Below, piece after piece: positions 35,909 through 44,913 of a DNA stretch of 64,000 nt. The stretch lies in NCBI GenBank assembly GCA_052326445.1, contig JBKQNC010000014.1, forward strand, positions 12,470-76,469. Reading direction: 5' to 3'. Position 1 is the stretch's first letter; each line of letters begins with the position of its first letter. The position numbers were made by a program, and so were the translations under genes. Source of the DNA: Thermoplasmata archaeon (lineage in GTDB: Archaea; Thermoplasmatota; Thermoplasmata; Lutacidiplasmatales; UBA184). The notes below the pieces were generated by a model. The model was not told where the DNA came from. It saw only the letters and a list, made by a program, of their open reading frames with translations, and searched no databases.

Positions 35909-36289
35909 ATGCATCGGGGACTCGAGCTCGGGTTGCACCTCCGCCCCGGTCTTACCGACGAGAACTTCGTTGCCGAGGCGATCGGGAACCTGGCCGCGTT
36001 CCGACTACAGCAGAAGCGCGGGGAGACGCTCGAATGGCAGGTGATCCGGGTCGAACTTCCGCACAGCCACCACATTCGCCTCGTGATCCGCCACCCCGAC
36101 CGGGTCCTTGACCTCGGGATCGAGCACGACTTGAAGGGTCTCCTGGACACCCTCGCGGACGAGACCGTGGAGGAGCTGCGGAAGCGGTTCGAGGTGGCCC
36201 AGCGGGAGGGGTTGAAGCCGGTCCGCCTGCGGCACGTCCACGAATCGGTCGACTACTGGCGGGACGACTTCTGGAACTTCCTCGGGTGA
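35909..36289 (+). CDS. Hypothetical protein
   Basis: Internal start of ORF 35849..36289 ('MHRGLELGLHLRPGLTDENFVAEAIGNLAAFRLQ...'); no recognisable family. Confidence 0.35.
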   Translation: MHRGLELGLHLRPGLTDENFVAEAIGNLAAFRLQQKRGETLEWQVIRVELPHSHHIRLVIRHPDRVLDLGIEHDLKGLLDTLADETVEELRKRFEVAQREGLKPVRLRHVHESVDYWRDDFWNFLG

Positions 36290-36345
36290 GCCCGGCCCTG
36301 GCCCCGAGGGGGGGCTGCACCGAACGGGTCATCTGGGGGCCCGGT

Positions 36346-37164
36346 ATGGTGTACCTCATGGCGCCGGAGCGAGAGGTTTCGATCCCGACGGGCGGACGGA
36401 AGGTCGACACATACCTGGCCCTTCCGGAGCACCCGAAGGCGGGGATCCAGTACCCGGCCGTGATCGTGATCCACGAGATCTTCGGGCCGGACGCGCACAT
36501 CCGCGATGTCGCTCGGCGATTCGCGGGGCTGGGCTATATCGCCGCCGCCCCGGACCTCTTCTCGGGCGAGTTGCACTCGCTCTTGACCCCGGCGAACGTC
36601 GGGATGGCGATAAAGGCGTTCGCCGAGGCCGGACCCGAACTGCGGCGCGACCCTGCGAAGCTCGCGGCGTTCGCCGCGACGCAGCCCCCCGAGCGCCGGC
36701 CGATCCTGGAGGCGTTCGGGAAGATCAGCCAGCCGACCGTGCAGGAAGGATTCGCCCGAGACCTGCACGGAGTGGCCCAGTACCTCCGCTCCCTACCCGA
36801 CGTCGACCCGCACCGGATCGCGTCGGTCGGCTTCTGCTTTGGAGGCGCGATGTCGGCCCGCTTCGCGACGGTCGACCCGGAGCTCCGCGCCGCCGTGATC
36901 TTCTACGGCCAGAACCCGCCGCTGGACGCCGTCCCCCGCATCGAGGCGCGCCTCTTGGGACTCTACGGGGGCGAGGACATTGGCATCACGCAGACGGTCC
37001 CGGCCTTCGCGGACGCGATGGCCGCCGCCGGCAAGATGTTCGACTACCATGTCTACCCTGGCGCGAAGCACGCCTTCTTCAACGACACGCGACCGAACTA
37101 CCACGCGGAGAGCGCTACGGACGCCTGGCAGCGGGTCATCCGGTTCTACGCGGGCAATCTCTAG
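36346..37164 (+). CDS. Dienelactone hydrolase family protein
   Basis: 'YPAVIVIHEIFGPDAHIRDVARRFAGLGYIAAAPDLF', nucleophile 'VGFCFGGAMS', 'YPGAKHAFF'. Start uncertain (ORF opens at 36286). Confidence 0.75.
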   Translation: MVYLMAPEREVSIPTGGRKVDTYLALPEHPKAGIQYPAVIVIHEIFGPDAHIRDVARRFAGLGYIAAAPDLFSGELHSLLTPANVGMAIKAFAEAGPELRRDPAKLAAFAATQPPERRPILEAFGKISQPTVQEGFARDLHGVAQYLRSLPDVDPHRIASVGFCFGGAMSARFATVDPELRAAVIFYGQNPPLDAVPRIEARLLGLYGGEDIGITQTVPAFADAMAAAGKMFDYHVYPGAKHAFFNDTRPNYHAESATDAWQRVIRFYAGNL

Positions 37165-37221
37165 CACGGTCCGGGTGGGTCGGGAGCAACCCCCAACTAC
37201 AGCCGGGGAGTACCCCGCACC

Positions 37222-37770
37222 GTGGCGGCCCGAAAAGCGAAACCGCACGTCGGGGCCCGGACTCACCGGGCCACCCCCCCACCCCGGAGGGAGGCCCCCC
37301 TCCGGGTGAACGGCGTGGACCGTCCGGTCTCCCTCGACCGGGACCGTAGCCTCCTCCACGTGCTCCGGGAGGAACTCGGGCTCACCGGCACCAAGTACGG
37401 GTGCGGGGAGGGCGAGTGCGGGGCCTGCAAGGTCCTGGTCGACGGGGTCGCGGTCCGGGCGTGCCAGACCCCCATCGGCGAGGTGGTCGGCCGTTCCGTG
37501 ACGACCATCGAAGGTCTCGCCGAGGGGGAGCGACTGCATCCGGTCCAGCAGGCCTTCCTCGATGCGGGCGCGTTCCAGTGCGGATTCTGCACGCCCGGGA
37601 TGATCCTCACCGCCGTCGCGCTCCTCGAGCGGAACCCCCACCCCAACGAGGCGGAGATCCGGACGGCGATGAACGGGAACCTCTGCCGCTGTGGCGGGTA
37701 CCTCCGCATCGTCGCGGCGGTCCAGGACGCGGCCCGGCAACTCCCGACCAACGGAGGCCGGATCCCATGA
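37222..37770 (+). CDS. [2Fe-2S]-binding small subunit of a xanthine dehydrogenase/CO dehydrogenase/aldehyde oxidoreductase-family molybdoenzyme (CoxS/CutS-like)
   Basis: 'GCGEGECGACKVLVDG' plant-type ferredoxin motif and 'QCGFCTPGMILTA...NLCRCGGY' second cluster. Confidence 0.85.
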   Translation: MAARKAKPHVGARTHRATPPPRREAPLRVNGVDRPVSLDRDRSLLHVLREELGLTGTKYGCGEGECGACKVLVDGVAVRACQTPIGEVVGRSVTTIEGLAEGERLHPVQQAFLDAGAFQCGFCTPGMILTAVALLERNPHPNEAEIRTAMNGNLCRCGGYLRIVAAVQDAARQLPTNGGRIP

Positions 37771-39893
37771 CCGCCACGGCCCCTTTCGACCTGCTCGCCC
37801 CGGGCGACCGGCCGTACTTCGACCGGCTCGGCCCGGGGCTCGTGGTCGTCCTTCCCGCCGAGCGACCGGGCGCCGGGGATTGGGGGCGCGGCGGTCCCCC
37901 CCACGGTGGGGCCTGGATCCACCTCGGCGAGGATGGGAGGGCCCACGCCTTCATCGGCAAAGTGGAGGTCGGCCAGGGAACCCGAACCGCACTCTCGCTG
38001 CTGATCGCGGAGGAACTGCACCTGCCGCTCTCCGCCGTAGAGCTCACCATGGGGGACACCGACGCCTGCCCCTGGGACATGGGTACCTTCGGCAGCCGTT
38101 CGATGCCCGATGCCGGGGAGCACCTCCGGCGTACGGGGGCGGCCGCGCGGGCGGCCCTGCGGGAACTCGCCGCCGCTTCCCTGGGTGTGCCGGCTGACGC
38201 GGTCGAACTCGAGGACGGTCTCGCTCGCTCCCCCAAGGGCGGCCCCCGCGCGAAGACGGTAGGGTACGGCAGCCTCGTGAAAGGCCTGCACCGGGTGGAG
38301 GTGGTCGCCCCCTCGACGCGACCCATCCCGCCCTCCGAATGGAGTCGAGCCGGCCTCCCCGCCGCCAACGTGGGCGGACGTGAGGTGGTGACCGGCGCGC
38401 AGCGGTACACCTCCGACCTTCACCCCGAGGGGATGCTGTACGGTAAGCTGCTCTTCCCCCCAACCCTCGGTGCGAAGCTGCTCAGCGTCGACCTGACCGC
38501 AGCCCAGGCCCTCCCCGGCGTGACGGCGCTCCGCGAGGGAGAGTTCGTCGGAGTCGCGGCGCCGGACTTGCTTACGGCCCGGGCTGCGTTGAAGGCGATC
38601 CGCTCCGAGTGGGCGACCCTCCCGCTCCCGTCTGAGCGCGACATCGTCGCCTACCTCCGACAGCACCCGGCCGAAGGCGAGGATTTCTGGGACGTGATCC
38701 ACCACGAGACCGGGGACACCAAGGCGGCGCTCGCCGCGGCCCCCGTAACGCTCCGCGCGACCTACACGACCGCCTACATCGCCCACGTGCCGATGGAGAC
38801 CCACGCGGTCCTTGCCGCCTGGGACGGTCCCCGCCTGACCGTGTGGATCGGGGCGCAGACCCCCTTCCGGGCGCGGGACGCGGTCTCCGATGCGCTCGGC
38901 ATTCCCCCGACGCTCGTCCGTATCATCGTCCCGCCCACGGGGTCCGGGTTCGGGGGCAAGCACGCGGGCGACCTCGCCGCCGGGGCGGCACGGCTCGCCA
39001 AGGCGACGGGCCATCCCGTCCGCATCGTGTACACCCGGGAAGAGGAGTTCACCCAGGCCTACCTGCGCCCGATGGCCGTGATCGACATCGAGGCCGGCGC
39101 GGATTCCGACGGGACGATCTCGGCCTGGAAGTTCCACGACCTGAACGCCGGCTCGGCGGCCGCGCGCATCCCGTACCGGGTGCCGAACCAGAGCATCGGC
39201 AACCAGCCCGCGGATTCGCCGCTGGCGCAGGGCTCCTACCGGGCGCTCGCCGCGACGGCGAACAACTTTGCCCGGGAATCGCACGTGGACGAGCTCGCGG
39301 CCCGGTTCCACGCCGACCCGGTCGAGTACCGCCTGCGCTTCCTCTCGGACGACCGCCTCTCGGCCGTGCTGCGCGCGGTCGCCGAACGGGCCCATTGGGA
39401 CTCCCGGCCGCGGCGCGCCGCCCGCCGCTCCGGCCGAGGACAGGGGATCGCGGTCGGCCTCGAGAAGGGCGGCCGTGTCGCCACCTTCGCCGAAGTGCGC
39501 GTCGGCGACGACCGGACGCTCGAGGTCGTCCTGATCGTCACGGGGTTCGAGTGCGGAGCGATCGTCCATCCGGCGAACCTGAAGAACCAGGTCGAGGGCG
39601 GCACGATCATGGCGCTCGGCGGCGCGCTCTTCGAAGCAGTCTCGTTCGAGAACGGCCGGATCATGAACCCCCGGCTCTCCCAGTACCGGGTCCCCCGCTT
39701 CCACGACGTCCCGCCCATCGAGGTCGTGCTCCTGGACCGGCGCGACCTGCCCTCCCAGGGCGGCGGCGAGACCCCCCTCATCGCCGTCGCACCGGCGATC
39801 GCCAACGCGATCTACGACGCCACGGGACAGCGTCTCCGTTCCCTACCGCTCGTCCCAGGGGGTGTCGTCCCCCGGGCCCCTTCGTCGGCGTAG
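37767..39893 (+). CDS. Molybdopterin-binding large subunit of the xanthine dehydrogenase/aldehyde oxidoreductase family (CoxL/CutL-like)
   Basis: 708 aa from M123 of ORF 37401..39893, with an ATGA overlap with the small subunit: 'KVEVGQGTRTALSLLIAEEL', 'GGFGGK', 'TGFECGAIVHPANLKNQVEGGTIMALGGALFE'. Confidence 0.85.
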   Translation: MTATAPFDLLAPGDRPYFDRLGPGLVVVLPAERPGAGDWGRGGPPHGGAWIHLGEDGRAHAFIGKVEVGQGTRTALSLLIAEELHLPLSAVELTMGDTDACPWDMGTFGSRSMPDAGEHLRRTGAAARAALRELAAASLGVPADAVELEDGLARSPKGGPRAKTVGYGSLVKGLHRVEVVAPSTRPIPPSEWSRAGLPAANVGGREVVTGAQRYTSDLHPEGMLYGKLLFPPTLGAKLLSVDLTAAQALPGVTALREGEFVGVAAPDLLTARAALKAIRSEWATLPLPSERDIVAYLRQHPAEGEDFWDVIHHETGDTKAALAAAPVTLRATYTTAYIAHVPMETHAVLAAWDGPRLTVWIGAQTPFRARDAVSDALGIPPTLVRIIVPPTGSGFGGKHAGDLAAGAARLAKATGHPVRIVYTREEEFTQAYLRPMAVIDIEAGADSDGTISAWKFHDLNAGSAAARIPYRVPNQSIGNQPADSPLAQGSYRALAATANNFARESHVDELAARFHADPVEYRLRFLSDDRLSAVLRAVAERAHWDSRPRRAARRSGRGQGIAVGLEKGGRVATFAEVRVGDDRTLEVVLIVTGFECGAIVHPANLKNQVEGGTIMALGGALFEAVSFENGRIMNPRLSQYRVPRFHDVPPIEVVLLDRRDLPSQGGGETPLIAVAPAIANAIYDATGQRLRSLPLVPGGVVPRAPSSA

Positions 39894-39935
39894 CCCGCGA
39901 CGCGCGCGGCCCCGCAGGGTTTCCTAAATACAGGG

Positions 39936-40265
39936 GTGGGGTCGGCCGGCGCGATGGCGCCCCGACGAACTCCCGTCCGGCGCGCGCCCCCCCGGCGCGC
40001 CCGCCCGCGGGCCCGGCCGCTCGAGCCCCTCTTCGAGACCCCGGACCCCCTGCCGCGGATCATCCGGGTCGGTCTTCTCGAGCCGCCCCACTCGCACATC
40101 GTCTGCCGGAGCTGCGGCCGAATCTCCCGGCTCGAGCTCCAGGACGCGGAACGACAGCTCCTGGTCGCCCTCGCCTCCCAGCACCCGGCCGGCTGGAGCG
40201 TCGACGGGATCGCCTTCTCGCTCACCGGAGCCTGCGGACGATGCCGCGAGGGACCTCGGGCCTAG
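39936..40265 (+). CDS. Small protein resembling the Fur-family metal-binding C-terminal domain
   Basis: 'HSHIVCRSCGRISRLEL...GWSVDGIAFSLTGACGRC' resembles the Fur/PerR dimerisation/metal-site region. The Arg-rich N-terminus has no recognisable winged helix. Confidence 0.35.
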   Translation: MGSAGAMAPRRTPVRRAPPRRARPRARPLEPLFETPDPLPRIIRVGLLEPPHSHIVCRSCGRISRLELQDAERQLLVALASQHPAGWSVDGIAFSLTGACGRCREGPRA

Positions 40266-40296
40266 GCGCGCGGCCCCGGGTCGGGAGCCGCCACGC

Positions 40297-41433
40297 GTGA
40301 GCGGATTCTTCCTCGCTCCCCGGATCGCCTGGGGCACCGGCGCCCTCGAACAGTTGAGCGGGCTCGGGGTCCGCCGGGCCGTCCTCCTCGTCGACCCGAC
40401 CGTTGCCCGTCGGGACGGCGCCCGTCGGCTGGTCGAAGAGCTCGCGAAATGCGACGCGACGGTGGAGGTGGAGACGGCGAGCGACCGAGCCTCCTCGCTG
40501 GACGAGGTGGACCGGGTCGCCGAGCGGTTCCGCGACCACCTGCCGGATACGCTCATCGCCCTCGGCGGAGGCCGCACCCTGGACGCCGCGAAGGCGGTGC
40601 GACTGCGGTGGACGCGACCGGACCTCGCCCTCGCCGCACTCCCCCCGCTCTGGGACCCCCCGGCGGGACCCGGTATCACGCTGCTCGCCGTCCCCACGAC
40701 CAGCGGGAGCGGCGCCGAAGCCTCCTGGGCGGCCGACCTGCGCGCCGTGGACGGGGCCCCGGTCGAGGTCGCCCACCGGTCGTTGGTCCCGGATTGGGCC
40801 CTCGTCGACCCCGCGCTCGCCGCCTCCCTCGGCCCGGCCGAACAGATGGACGGCGCCTTCGAGGCCCTTGGGCTCGCCGCGGAAGCGTTCCTCTCGGCGT
40901 GGGCGAACCCGTTCTCGGACGCGCTCGCCCTCGACGCCGTCGCCTCGGTCGTCCGAAGGCTCCCGCATGCGATCCGGTGGAGCGACGACCCCGATGCGCG
41001 AGCGGCCCTCCACTACGCGGCGACCTCGGCCGGGCTCGCCTCCTCGAACGCCCAGCGGGGCCTCGCCCATGCGCTGGCCCGCGCACTGGAAGGACCCTCC
41101 GGTCTCCCCTACGGCCGACTCATGGGGATCGCGCTCCCTCACGTCCTCGAGTTCAACCACCCGTCCGCCCGCGACCGGCTCGAAACCCTCGCCGAACGGG
41201 CCCGCGACCGGGACGAGCGAGGGGACACGAGCCTCGCGCAGCGCCTCCGTCGACTCTACGGCCAGTTCCCCTTCCCCCTCACGGTGCGCGCCGCGGGAGG
41301 GAATCTCGAAGCCGTCGAACGCGAGCGGACCGACGTGCTCGCCCGGACCTTGCGCTCCCCGGGAGCGCTCGCGAACCCGCGGGTGCCGACGGAGAGTGAC
41401 CTCGCCGCCCTCTTGGCCGCGGTCCTGGGGTAA
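40297..41433 (+). CDS. Iron-containing alcohol dehydrogenase family protein
   Basis: 378 aa; 'IALGGGRTLDAAKAV', 'VPTTSGSGAE', conserved His region 'LAHALARAL'. Confidence 0.8.
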   Translation: MSGFFLAPRIAWGTGALEQLSGLGVRRAVLLVDPTVARRDGARRLVEELAKCDATVEVETASDRASSLDEVDRVAERFRDHLPDTLIALGGGRTLDAAKAVRLRWTRPDLALAALPPLWDPPAGPGITLLAVPTTSGSGAEASWAADLRAVDGAPVEVAHRSLVPDWALVDPALAASLGPAEQMDGAFEALGLAAEAFLSAWANPFSDALALDAVASVVRRLPHAIRWSDDPDARAALHYAATSAGLASSNAQRGLAHALARALEGPSGLPYGRLMGIALPHVLEFNHPSARDRLETLAERARDRDERGDTSLAQRLRRLYGQFPFPLTVRAAGGNLEAVERERTDVLARTLRSPGALANPRVPTESDLAALLAAVLG

Positions 41434-41443
41434 CGGGGCGTCC

Positions 41444-42517
41444 CTACGCGCCGAGCTCGGAGGCTCTCAGGGCGCTCGGGTCGACCACGGGACGGCCCGC
41501 GACCTCGACGGCGCGGTCGATCGCAATCTCGGCGAGGTCGCTCGCGTAGAACGCGATCCGCTCGAGGCTCTCCAGTACGTACGCAAGGCCCACCGCGAGG
41601 CGACTCTGCCGGGTCGCGATCTCGTGGAGCAGCTTCTCCCGGTACCGGGTCAGCTCGTGGGCGGCGTCGATGACGGCGTTGGCCTTCTGGATGTCGCGGG
41701 ACTCGAGGCTGTCGAGGGCGTCGGCGACGGCGCTCGCTGCGCTCGTGCTCATCTTGTCGAGCTCGCTCTGGAGGCGGTCCGGGGTGCGGTCCTTGCCCAG
41801 GATCGACACCGTCTCGGCGATGCGGACCGTGTGGTCCGCGATCCGCTCGAGGATGCGCGACGCGAGCAGGTAGGTCGAGCACTCGGGGAGCGTCAGGTCG
41901 AGCGTCGCGAGGATGCGGGCGTCGCGCAGCGCGGTCGTGACCTGCTTTTCGAGGAACCAGTGGAGGCGGTCGACCTCCCAGTCCCGGTCGATCACGTCCT
42001 TCGCGATCGAGGAGTCTCGGGTGCGGAACGCCGTCATCGAGTCGCCCTGCATGGAGCGGACCATCTGGTGCATCCGTCGAATGACGGAGGGGATCGGCAA
42101 CGGGTTCGGGCCGACGACATCCTGGAGGATGACCGACTCGGCGGTCTCTTCGAGGATCTCGGGGCCGATCATCCGCTGGGCGAAGCTGCGGACGACGGCC
42201 CGCGTGCGAGCGCTCATCCGGCCGTCGGTCCGGATATCGAGCATCGGGTACCCCGCTATGTACTCGGCGACGAGACGCCGGAACAGGTGGTCCTGGTCGT
42301 CGTCGTTCGAGATGTCGACGACCCGCTTCTCTCCCTCGCCGCCGGTCGCCGCCTCGGGGAAGATCGTCATCGACCCGTCGGCCCGCGGCGTGAAGAACAA
42401 CACGTCGCCGGCCCCGAGCCCGCGGGCGAGCACCCAGTTCTTCGGCAGCGAGACGATGAACGTCGAGCCGCCGGTCTTTTGGATGCGCCGTCCGTGAAAG
42501 CCCCCGCTCGCGCGCAT
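41444..42517 (-). CDS. phoU: PhoU-domain phosphate-uptake regulator with N-terminal AbrB/SpoVT-type domain
   Basis: 'IQKTGGSTFIVSLPKNWVLARGLGAGDVLFF' (AbrB-like swapped hairpin) followed by two PhoU-like helical repeats. Confidence 0.75.
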   Translation of the reverse strand: MRASGGFHGRRIQKTGGSTFIVSLPKNWVLARGLGAGDVLFFTPRADGSMTIFPEAATGGEGEKRVVDISNDDDQDHLFRRLVAEYIAGYPMLDIRTDGRMSARTRAVVRSFAQRMIGPEILEETAESVILQDVVGPNPLPIPSVIRRMHQMVRSMQGDSMTAFRTRDSSIAKDVIDRDWEVDRLHWFLEKQVTTALRDARILATLDLTLPECSTYLLASRILERIADHTVRIAETVSILGKDRTPDRLQSELDKMSTSAASAVADALDSLESRDIQKANAVIDAAHELTRYREKLLHEIATRQSRLAVGLAYVLESLERIAFYASDLAEIAIDRAVEVAGRPVVDPSALRASELGA

Positions 42518-42540
42518 GTGGAATCGGGCGACGAGTCCGT

Positions 42541-42550
42541 ATCTATATAG
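42541..42550 (-). promoter_or_regulatory. TATA-like 'ATCTATATAG' element about 25-33 bp upstream of the phoU start
   Basis: Same palindromic CTATATAG core as at 15547. Confidence 0.4.
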
Positions 42551-42763
42551 CCCTCCCTACGACGGGCTCGCCTACGGCAGCGCAACCCGCAAATAGAGGT
42601 CGCCGCGGGACCGACGAGACCCTTCCTCCTACATACCGACCGGTGCGGACCTCACCGGGTCGGCCCCGGTCGGGCCATCCCGCCGTCTTCCTCGGGGCCT
42701 ATCGCATCGCCCTGGTCGACGGGCTCGATCCGGAGTGACGTTCCAGTCGCCTCCGCCAGCCTA

Positions 42764-44140
42764 TTGTCCCTCCCGCCGGGTAGGACGGTCGTGATCGGTC
42801 GGTTCCCCTGGGAGCCGTTTCCCCAAGAGGAGCCCGAGCCGAAGGGCCCCGACCCGGTCCCTCGGGGAGCCTTCCAGGCCGCAGTGACGGCAGCGGACGC
42901 TTACCGCTCGGTCCGTGCCGCCCTGCGCCGGGAAGAGGGGGTGCTCCGGGTGGGCAACCGGTTCGTCGCGGACCGGCGGTATCGTCAGGTCGCGTTCGTC
43001 GCGATCGGCAACGCGGCGAACTCGATGGCGCTCGGGGCCCTCCACGCGGTCGGGGACCGCCTGACCCAGGGATTCCTCGCTGGACCGGAACCGGTGGTGG
43101 ACGAACTTCCGTTCCGAGGCCTCACGGTCCCCCTGGGCCTGCCGGGATTCACTGGGGCCGAGGAGACGGTCCGCGCGGTACAGGAGATCGCGGACGGCCT
43201 CGGCCCCCAGGACCTCTTCCTCGTTCTCCTTTCGCCGGGCGCCCTCCGCGCGCTCACGCTCCCCCCTGCCGGAGTCACGCGGGAGGAGTTCGCCCGGTTC
43301 TTCGGGGACGCTCAGACCGCCGGCGCGACGGGTCGCGAGGTCGGTCTGCTCGCCCGCGTCGTCGGCGAGGGCGGCGTGGGGGGACGGGTCGCAGCGATGT
43401 GCGGCCGGTGCGACACCGCGACGTTCGTGATCGACCGGGGGGACGGTCCGCTGCTCGTCGGCGGAGGACCGATGGATGCCGTCGCATCGACCGAGCGCGA
43501 GGAGGCCCGGGCGGTCGTCGCCCGACTGGGGCTCACCGGACGCTTACCCCCGCCGGCGCTCGACCGGCTCGCGAGCGCGGCGGAACCCGCCCTGCGTCTC
43601 CCCCAGGTCGGTCGGCCGGTCGTCGTGGCGGCGCCGTCGGACGCCCTGCGCGCCGCCGCCGATTCCGTCTTCGACCGGGGCTGGACGAGCCGTCTCGGAT
43701 TCCTCATGATCCGCGAGCCCCCCGCGGCGGCCGCGGAACGGTTCCTGGCCCGGGTGGAAGAGCTCGTCGCGGCGGAGAACCTGACCGACTCGAGCCGGAC
43801 CAAGGGCGTGGCGGTCTTCGCGATGACCACCCTCGGCCTCCCCGAGGGCGTGGACGAGGGGCCGGCGCTCGCGGCGTTCCTGACCCGGGCCGAGGAATTG
43901 GTCCGACGTCGGGAGATGAGCGTCACGCTCGCCCGAACGAGCGGTGGCCTCGGCTCCCGGGACTTCCCGCCGGCGGCCATCTTCGGCCCGGCGTCGGACG
44001 GTCGCACGACGGTTCCGCCCGGCCGGGCTCGGGGGATCCCGATGCGTCCGGGGATCACCGATGTCGGACTGCTCGCAATCGCGTTGTGCGGATTGCCCGG
44101 GACGGGGGAGAAACCCGGTTCCTCGACCGCCGGCCGTTGA
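42764..44140 (+). CDS. Glycerate kinase, MOFRL family (glycerate 2-kinase-like)
   Basis: 458 aa; 'VAFVAIGNAANSMALGA' (DUF4147 N-domain) and C-terminal MOFRL-like 'GRARGIPMRPGITDVGLLAIAL'. TTG start in the ORF track; exact start uncertain. Confidence 0.7.
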   Translation: MSLPPGRTVVIGRFPWEPFPQEEPEPKGPDPVPRGAFQAAVTAADAYRSVRAALRREEGVLRVGNRFVADRRYRQVAFVAIGNAANSMALGALHAVGDRLTQGFLAGPEPVVDELPFRGLTVPLGLPGFTGAEETVRAVQEIADGLGPQDLFLVLLSPGALRALTLPPAGVTREEFARFFGDAQTAGATGREVGLLARVVGEGGVGGRVAAMCGRCDTATFVIDRGDGPLLVGGGPMDAVASTEREEARAVVARLGLTGRLPPPALDRLASAAEPALRLPQVGRPVVVAAPSDALRAAADSVFDRGWTSRLGFLMIREPPAAAAERFLARVEELVAAENLTDSSRTKGVAVFAMTTLGLPEGVDEGPALAAFLTRAEELVRRREMSVTLARTSGGLGSRDFPPAAIFGPASDGRTTVPPGRARGIPMRPGITDVGLLAIALCGLPGTGEKPGSSTAGR

Positions 44141-44155
44141 ACGGGGTCCGGCCGA

Positions 44156-44764
44156 TCACGCCGACGGCGATTCCCGCGGGGCCGAGGCGGAGGACGCCTC
44201 CGCTTCGAAATGGCGCTTGAGCGCCATGTATTCGGCGAAGGAGATCTGGCGGCGTGCCCGAACCGCGCCGGCCTGCTTCAGGGTATCGATCTGGTACGTG
44301 CGGCGGAGCTCGGAGACCGAGCGCGCGCCCTCGAGGGAACGCTCCGCGACGATCGGGGCGGCGGCGAGTGGTTGGTCGGTAAAGCTGGGGCGGGGCGGGG
44401 GGACGGGGCGGATCGGCTCACCGCCGGCCGCCAGGTACTCCACGAGACGCGCGTGCTCGATCGCGGTGAGCTCGCCCTCGTCGCGCAGGAGGTCGAGGAG
44501 GACCCGCTGGCGGGGGTGGTACGTGTCGATGAGCTCCGGCAGCTCCCGGTCCGGCCGGAGCGCCGGCGCTGCCGCGAGGGGAGCCCCCACGAGCGCGTCG
44601 AGGTCGGCCCGCAGTCCGTCGAGGGCCTCGCCCAGCTCGCGCGGGGTGGGCGTGCCGTCCTCCGTGCTCTCGAACCGGGCGGAAAGGCGAACGCTCCCGC
44701 CGCCGGGGACCGGTCCGAGCGGGCGCTCGATAGTGAGCTCGACCTCTCGGCGGCGAAGGGCCAT
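44156..44764 (-). CDS. Hypothetical protein (202 aa)
   Basis: Plausible composition; no recognisable family. Confidence 0.4.
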   Translation of the reverse strand: MALRRREVELTIERPLGPVPGGGSVRLSARFESTEDGTPTPRELGEALDGLRADLDALVGAPLAAAPALRPDRELPELIDTYHPRQRVLLDLLRDEGELTAIEHARLVEYLAAGGEPIRPVPPPRPSFTDQPLAAAPIVAERSLEGARSVSELRRTYQIDTLKQAGAVRARRQISFAEYMALKRHFEAEASSASAPRESPSA

Positions 44765-44832
44765 GCGGACGGACGGACGAGGGCGGAGAAAACGTACGCC
44801 CGGAACGGAACGGGCCGGCGACGCGGCGAACG

Positions 44833-44855
44833 GTGAACAAGTAACGTATGTTCAC
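44833..44855. promoter_or_regulatory. Perfect inverted repeat GTGAACA-N9-TGTTCAC just upstream of the HxlR-family regulator gene (candidate operator)
   Basis: Read directly, 'cggtgaacaagtaacgtatgttcactt', followed by the AT-rich 'ttcatacagtaactataaga'. Confidence 0.4.
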
Positions 44856-44913
44856 TTACTTTCATACAGTAACTATAAGAGGCTCAGTGTTCTCGTTGTA
44901 TTCGGAAGCAGCC

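Noticed and set aside
40403-42550. 715-aa plus-strand ORF and 316-aa ORF 40449..41399
   Set aside because: Alternative frames over the Fe-ADH gene and antisense to phoU, with Arg/Pro-rich low-complexity translations. The Fe-ADH frame (40297..41433) and the PhoU frame carry the real domain signatures.
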